A DNA stretch of 40,525 bases from Przondovirus NAN33P6. Both the position numbers and the translations under genes were made by a program. Location of the stretch: sequence record OZ035736.1. One strand, 5' to 3'. Shown here piece by piece: positions 36,171 through 40,525 of the stretch; within the stretch, counting starts at the first letter, position 1; each line of letters begins with the position of its first letter. The notes under the pieces were generated by a model. It was not told the DNA's origin. It searched no databases and was given only the letters and a program-made list of their open reading frames with translations.

Positions 36171-38702
36171 ATGGACCAAGAAATTAAAACAGTCATCCAG
36201 TACCCCACAGGGTCCACTGAGTTCGACATCCCGTTCGACTACCTGTCCCGTCGCTTCGTCAGAGTGTCTCTGGTCTCTGAGGATTCCAGAAGACTGCTGA
36301 GTAACATCACGGAGTACCGCTACGTCTCCAAGACCAGAATCAAACTACTGGTTTCTACTGAAGGTTTCGACCGTGTTGAGATTCGTCGGTTTACCTCAGC
36401 CTCTGAGCGAATTGTTGACTTCAATGATGGCTCTGTGCTGCGAGCAACAGACCTTAACGTATCACAGCTACAGTCGGCGCATATTGCGGAAGAAGCCCGT
36501 GACGCAGCCCTGCTGGCCATGCCTCAGGACGACGCAGGTAACCTCGATGCACGCAGTCGCCGTATCGTTAACTTGGCTCCCGGTATTGACGGCACTGACG
36601 CTATCAATAAGAACCAGTTAGATTCAACGCTGGGTGAGGCTGGTGGTATCCTTTCTGATATGAAAGAAGTACAGAAGGAAACCTATGACTACATCGAGAA
36701 GCTCGGTGACGACACTTCGATTGTCCGTGGGGTAACTTGGGTGTACAATCAAGGGTCTGCCGTTGGTGGCGAGACTACTGTACTCATCGATAAACCTACC
36801 CGCACGCTGGCCGTTCCTTATATTGAGATTAATGGTAGCCGCCAAGAGGTTGGGTATCACTTCTCGTTTGATATTGCCACCCAGATGATTACCTTAACGG
36901 AACCACTGGTTACCGGGGACTTCCTGATGGCAATGACCACAGAGTCTAGTGTACCTCTGGAAGACCTTCTGACCAACCCTACTGGTGCCTCGGCTATTGG
37001 TACCTCCGATGGTCGAAACGTTCAGGCAAACATCGACGAGCTTCGCTCCGAGTTAGACTTCCTGAAAGACACGACGGTACTTGACGTTAGACGCTTTGGT
37101 GCTGTTGGTGATGGTATTGCAGATGATTACCCAGCGTTTCAGAAAGCGTGCATAGCCGCTAGTCAACTTGGTGGGGCAATAGTCCACGTACCGACTCCAA
37201 AGGTAAAATGGAAGATTGGATTCCCGGTTTACTTGTTCGACCGCACTTGGGTCCGTGGGACAGGCATCAACTGTATTGTCGAGTTCACTGACCCGCTGTA
37301 TGCTCGCAAGTCCCGCTCTGGGTTCGTCATTGGGTCTGGCTACGAGCAGAACCGCGACAAGGCTATTCAATGTCTTAACGATGGCACTTGGGCCACTACT
37401 GGTTCGGTGGTAGATAGGAACTTCGTTGAGTTGGACCGAGGTCAGTACGTTCGCGACAATCCGAGCAAGGTCCAGTCGAGACTGTGCCGAGTGTCCGGGA
37501 TGTACCTGAAGGCTTCATATCCGAATGGTGCTACCCTGAAGGGTGGTTACGCAGTGTCTGGTGCCAACGCAGTAGACTCAGAGGTATTTGATATCTGGGG
37601 CGAAGGTTGGACTGAGATTATCAACTTCGGGTCTGACGTACCACCAGCTACACCAAGCTGTCACAACCTCCATGCGTACGACATCACGTGTGTTGCACCT
37701 AACGACTACGAGACGTACTACAGTGCAGGATTCATTGCGAACTCTACAAGTTGCTCTATTGGCCGCTTCAAGCAGCTCAGGGCAATAGCTGACGGTTCTC
37801 CTCATGGTTCCTGTGGTTCCACGAACTACACCGAGTTCTGTTCGTTCTATGACATTGATGTGCCCAATCTTGGTCGTACTGCATCTTCTGAGGGTATCCT
37901 CGTGAACAACTCTAAGGGCGCGGTGACTCGTAACATCCGTATCGGGAACGCTAAGACGTGCGTGGCTGAATACTACACCACTGGTGCGGGTATCTTCTAC
38001 GACCGTAACCATCCGAACGTGTTCGACGGTATTCACGCTAACAACTGTGACAACGCGGTAGCTCTCCGCTCCAAGTTCTCAGTTTGGAAGAACGTGACGC
38101 AGACCAACTGTACCTATCACGTCTACTTCGGGACTACCAACGCACAAGCCTGTGTGGTCAAGTTCGTACCGGACACAATCGGTGGTGGTAATAACGTAGA
38201 CATTCTGGACAGGCTCCGCGATAACGTTGTGACTGGCTGGCGTGTGCGCTCGCTCCACATCCGACCCATCGCCTACCTACTGAACGACAAGTCAGTGTTG
38301 CGTAGCTGGGATGCTGGTAAGAACATCAAGGCTGAGAACGGTGTGGGATTCCAGTGGTTATTCCCTGTACCATCTACCATGCGTGCAATCACTCAGGTCA
38401 GCCAATGGTTTACCTTCGAGGTGGGTGCAGCGACGGCCGGGACAGAGGTCAAGGTTCAGGTTCGCCGTATGTCAGCGTACAACGGAGACGCCAACGAGCA
38501 GCCTGTAATCCTCTTTGAGAACAGCCGCAAGGCCTCTCTGGATACCGTACAGGCTACTAACATTGTTGCCAACTCCCCGGGTCTGGTCCTGACGTCCCCT
38601 ACGGATGGACTGGCTAACGCTGTGGATGTCCTCGTGAGTGTTACAGCGCCGACCGTTAACTTCAACATGAAAGAAGCTCGCATCACGTATCTGGGCGACT
38701 AA
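36171..38702 (+). CDS. 17: Tail fibre/tailspike: T7 gp17-like N-terminal adaptor domain fused to a large, non-T7 C-terminal domain with depolymerase-like (pectate-lyase-type beta-helix) features
   Basis: 843 aa versus 553 in T7; first ~150 aa match T7 gp17 (F.IPF.YL.R.FV.V.L, VDF.DGS.LRA.DLNV.Q.Q..H.AEEARD, LDAR.RRIVNLA); downstream begins [22 protein letters not shown], a motif typical of beta-helix glycanase/depolymerase tailspikes. Confidence 0.85.
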   Translation: MDQEIKTVIQYPTGSTEFDIPFDYLSRRFVRVSLVSEDSRRLLSNITEYRYVSKTRIKLLVSTEGFDRVEIRRFTSASERIVDFNDGSVLRATDLNVSQLQSAHIAEEARDAALLAMPQDDAGNLDARSRRIVNLAPGIDGTDAINKNQLDSTLGEAGGILSDMKEVQKETYDYIEKLGDDTSIVRGVTWVYNQGSAVGGETTVLIDKPTRTLAVPYIEINGSRQEVGYHFSFDIATQMITLTEPLVTGDFLMAMTTESSVPLEDLLTNPTGASAIGTSDGRNVQANIDELRSELDFLKDTTVLDVRRFGAVGDGIADDYPAFQKACIAASQLGGAIVHVPTPKVKWKIGFPVYLFDRTWVRGTGINCIVEFTDPLYARKSRSGFVIGSGYEQNRDKAIQCLNDGTWATTGSVVDRNFVELDRGQYVRDNPSKVQSRLCRVSGMYLKASYPNGATLKGGYAVSGANAVDSEVFDIWGEGWTEIINFGSDVPPATPSCHNLHAYDITCVAPNDYETYYSAGFIANSTSCSIGRFKQLRAIADGSPHGSCGSTNYTEFCSFYDIDVPNLGRTASSEGILVNNSKGAVTRNIRIGNAKTCVAEYYTTGAGIFYDRNHPNVFDGIHANNCDNAVALRSKFSVWKNVTQTNCTYHVYFGTTNAQACVVKFVPDTIGGGNNVDILDRLRDNVVTGWRVRSLHIRPIAYLLNDKSVLRSWDAGKNIKAENGVGFQWLFPVPSTMRAITQVSQWFTFEVGAATAGTEVKVQVRRMSAYNGDANEQPVILFENSRKASLDTVQATNIVANSPGLVLTSPTDGLANAVDVLVSVTAPTVNFNMKEARITYLGD

Positions 38703-38715
38703 CTAAGGAGACAGT

Positions 38716-40302
38716 ATGTTAAACAAATTGAATCAACCTAAAGGCTCTACAATCGGTGTGCTCAAGGATGGGCGCACCGTCCAAGAGGCAATCGACGAGC
38801 TGGAGAAGATTAAGACCCGCAACGTTGACCCTGAGCGCTTCCGTGAGACACTGACGTCAAGTGACGATGAGGTATTCGAGAAGCTGTTCGCGTGGTTGGC
38901 TACTCAGTCAGACGTTGTGGGAACCTCAAGTTCTTCCTATATCACAGCCTTACCTCGCATGATTGAGCTTAGCGGTCGTACCTATACGTTGACTAAGCGT
39001 CACGTGCTGGACGGTAACTTTGGTATACAGAACGGTACCATCCTGATGTCCGGTGAGGGTGAGATTATCATGGGCCTCGATGCTGGTACCAAGACTCGTC
39101 GTCACTTCCTTAAGTATGCACATTTTGAGTACATCGGGGAAACAGACCGTAGCACCTCTCTGGTCACCATGGCGCGGTGCTTCAACTCTGTGGTTCTGTT
39201 CTGTAACTTCATAGCTGGTGGCGATGCCGCTCGCAACAGGGCTCCACGTACACGTTACGGCCTGTTCGCAGGGTCCACCAGATGCTGGGGCTTACAGTTA
39301 ATCGGTGGTGAGTATTATGGTGGCGACTGTGCGTTGCGTGTTGGACGCGCTAACGACCACACTGGGTTGACCATTCGTCCCGGTACTGTTCACCATTCTC
39401 GCGTTATCAATATGCTACTATGTAACCCAGCGGGTGCTGAGGTGTCTGGTTGTAACATTGAACACGCAGACAATGGTGCCATCGGCCTAGGGATTACCTC
39501 CGGTACCAATACATCAGGTAACGCAGCCCATGGCGTTCGCATCAATGGTGTGTACTTATACAACAACGGTAACGGCTCCAGCGGCTCAAACGTAGCACCT
39601 GCGAATATTCTCATTGGTAAGGACATTCCGGGCACCGAAGGTTGGGACCGCCCGGGCGAGTTGATTACGTCAAGCCGAAACACCGCGCACAGTATTACTG
39701 TGTCAGAGTGCTACATTGTAAGCCCAAACACAGAGAATGCCTGGCAGGTGAACGCCCTGTACGGTGTGTCCTTCGTGGACAACAAAGTGGGCCTCAAAGG
39801 TGACGCTACGATTCACGGTGTGTACGACGGTACGTGTGCTAACTGCTGGGCTGTTGGAAACCGAGATCAAGGCGGTAAGGTATTCCAGTTCTCCTCTACA
39901 GCAACCAACGCGATTCTGACTACCCGCAAAGGTAAGTGGACTCCGAAGATTATCGGTGAGGGTACGGCAGGTAACACTACACTGAGTGCTTCTGGCGGCG
40001 CATACTCTCTGGATAATGGAATGGTAACCGTATCGTGCTTCGCAGTGGTAGACACTAAGGATCCTAACATGGCTGGGAACCTGAACATCAAACTCCCGGT
40101 AGCCTGTGAGGACCAGCAGCGAGGTGGTAACGGAATTTCTCTGACTAACATCCCCGGCGTATCGAGTCCTAACGGGAGTGTTATAATCATTGGGGATACC
40201 GCTCGAATCATGCTAGGGTCTGCGAGATTGCAGCCCGAGAACATCACAACAGGCACTGCTATCCACTTCTCAGTGTCATACCCAGCCGATGTTAAGGTAT
40301 AA
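38716..40302 (+). CDS. Second tailspike-like protein (putative receptor-binding protein/glycanase) lacking a gp17-type adaptor domain
   Basis: 528 aa; strong RBS AAGGAGACAG; no T7 counterpart between gene 17 and 17.5; Gly/Asn/Thr-rich repetitive segments consistent with a beta-helix; sequence-composition inference only. Confidence 0.6.
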   Translation: MLNKLNQPKGSTIGVLKDGRTVQEAIDELEKIKTRNVDPERFRETLTSSDDEVFEKLFAWLATQSDVVGTSSSSYITALPRMIELSGRTYTLTKRHVLDGNFGIQNGTILMSGEGEIIMGLDAGTKTRRHFLKYAHFEYIGETDRSTSLVTMARCFNSVVLFCNFIAGGDAARNRAPRTRYGLFAGSTRCWGLQLIGGEYYGGDCALRVGRANDHTGLTIRPGTVHHSRVINMLLCNPAGAEVSGCNIEHADNGAIGLGITSGTNTSGNAAHGVRINGVYLYNNGNGSSGSNVAPANILIGKDIPGTEGWDRPGELITSSRNTAHSITVSECYIVSPNTENAWQVNALYGVSFVDNKVGLKGDATIHGVYDGTCANCWAVGNRDQGGKVFQFSSTATNAILTTRKGKWTPKIIGEGTAGNTTLSASGGAYSLDNGMVTVSCFAVVDTKDPNMAGNLNIKLPVACEDQQRGGNGISLTNIPGVSSPNGSVIIIGDTARIMLGSARLQPENITTGTAIHFSVSYPADVKV

Positions 40303-40311
40303 GGAGGTATC

Positions 40312-40521
40312 ATGTTGTCCCTAGACTTCAACAACGAAGTTATCAAGGCGGCTCCCATTGCGGGGGTCGCTGGGGCCGATGGTGTAGCGAGGCTCTTCTG
40401 GGGCCTCTCACTCAACGAGTGGTTCTACGTCGCGGCAATCGCCTACACAGTGGTTCAGATTGGTGCCAAGGTAGTCGATAAAATCATTGATTGGAAGAAA
40501 GCAAACAGAGGTGACTCATGA
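40312..40521 (+). CDS. 17.5: Class II holin, T7 gp17.5 homolog
   Basis: 69 aa; MLSLDFNNE.IKAAPI.G...AD..ARLF.GLSLNEWFYVAAIAYTVVQIGAKVVDK.IDWKKAN nearly identical to recalled T7 gp17.5; stop overlaps an ATG at 40518. Confidence 0.95.
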   Translation: MLSLDFNNEVIKAAPIAGVAGADGVARLFWGLSLNEWFYVAAIAYTVVQIGAKVVDKIIDWKKANRGDS

Positions 40522-40525
40522 GAGA

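Noticed and set aside
38716-40302. Possibility that the second tailspike ORF is a defence or anti-defence gene rather than a virion protein
   Set aside because: Its position between tail fibre and holin, strong late-type RBS, size and repetitive Gly/Asn-rich composition fit a structural receptor-binding protein much better.

Overview
The window reads as one complete, circularly permuted genome of a T7-like podovirus (Autographiviridae, T7/T3/K11 group), about 40.5 kb, with every credible gene on the + strand. The order is gene 18, 18.5/18.7 and 19 (packaging, spanins), a non-coding stretch holding the presumed physical genome ends and early host-RNAP promoters, then the early genes (T3-type SAM lyase 0.3, kinase 0.7, a 906-aa single-subunit RNA polymerase), DNA metabolism genes (ligase, SSB, endonuclease I, lysozyme, primase-helicase, DNA polymerase, exonuclease), and the structural block (portal, scaffold, capsid 10A/10B, tail tube 11/12, internal core 13-16, tail fibre 17, a second tailspike-like ORF, holin 17.5). 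The window end (holin stop overlapping an ATG) appears to join the window start just upstream of gene 18. Thirteen copies of a 23-bp phage promoter (consensus AATTAGGTAGCACTATAGGGAGA), four copies of a conserved RNase III-type processing hairpin, a T-phi-like terminator and a conserved -1 frameshift site in gene 10 are visible directly. The most noteworthy items are a promoter/RNAP specificity variant, a two-protein receptor-binding module (long gene 17 with a depolymerase-like C-terminus plus an extra 528-aa tailspike ORF), and an unassigned 187-aa membrane/coiled-coil early protein between gene 1 and gene 1.1. No tRNA, CRISPR, integrase or transposase was found. All homology calls are from recall of T7/T3 protein sequences against the supplied translations; no database search was run.
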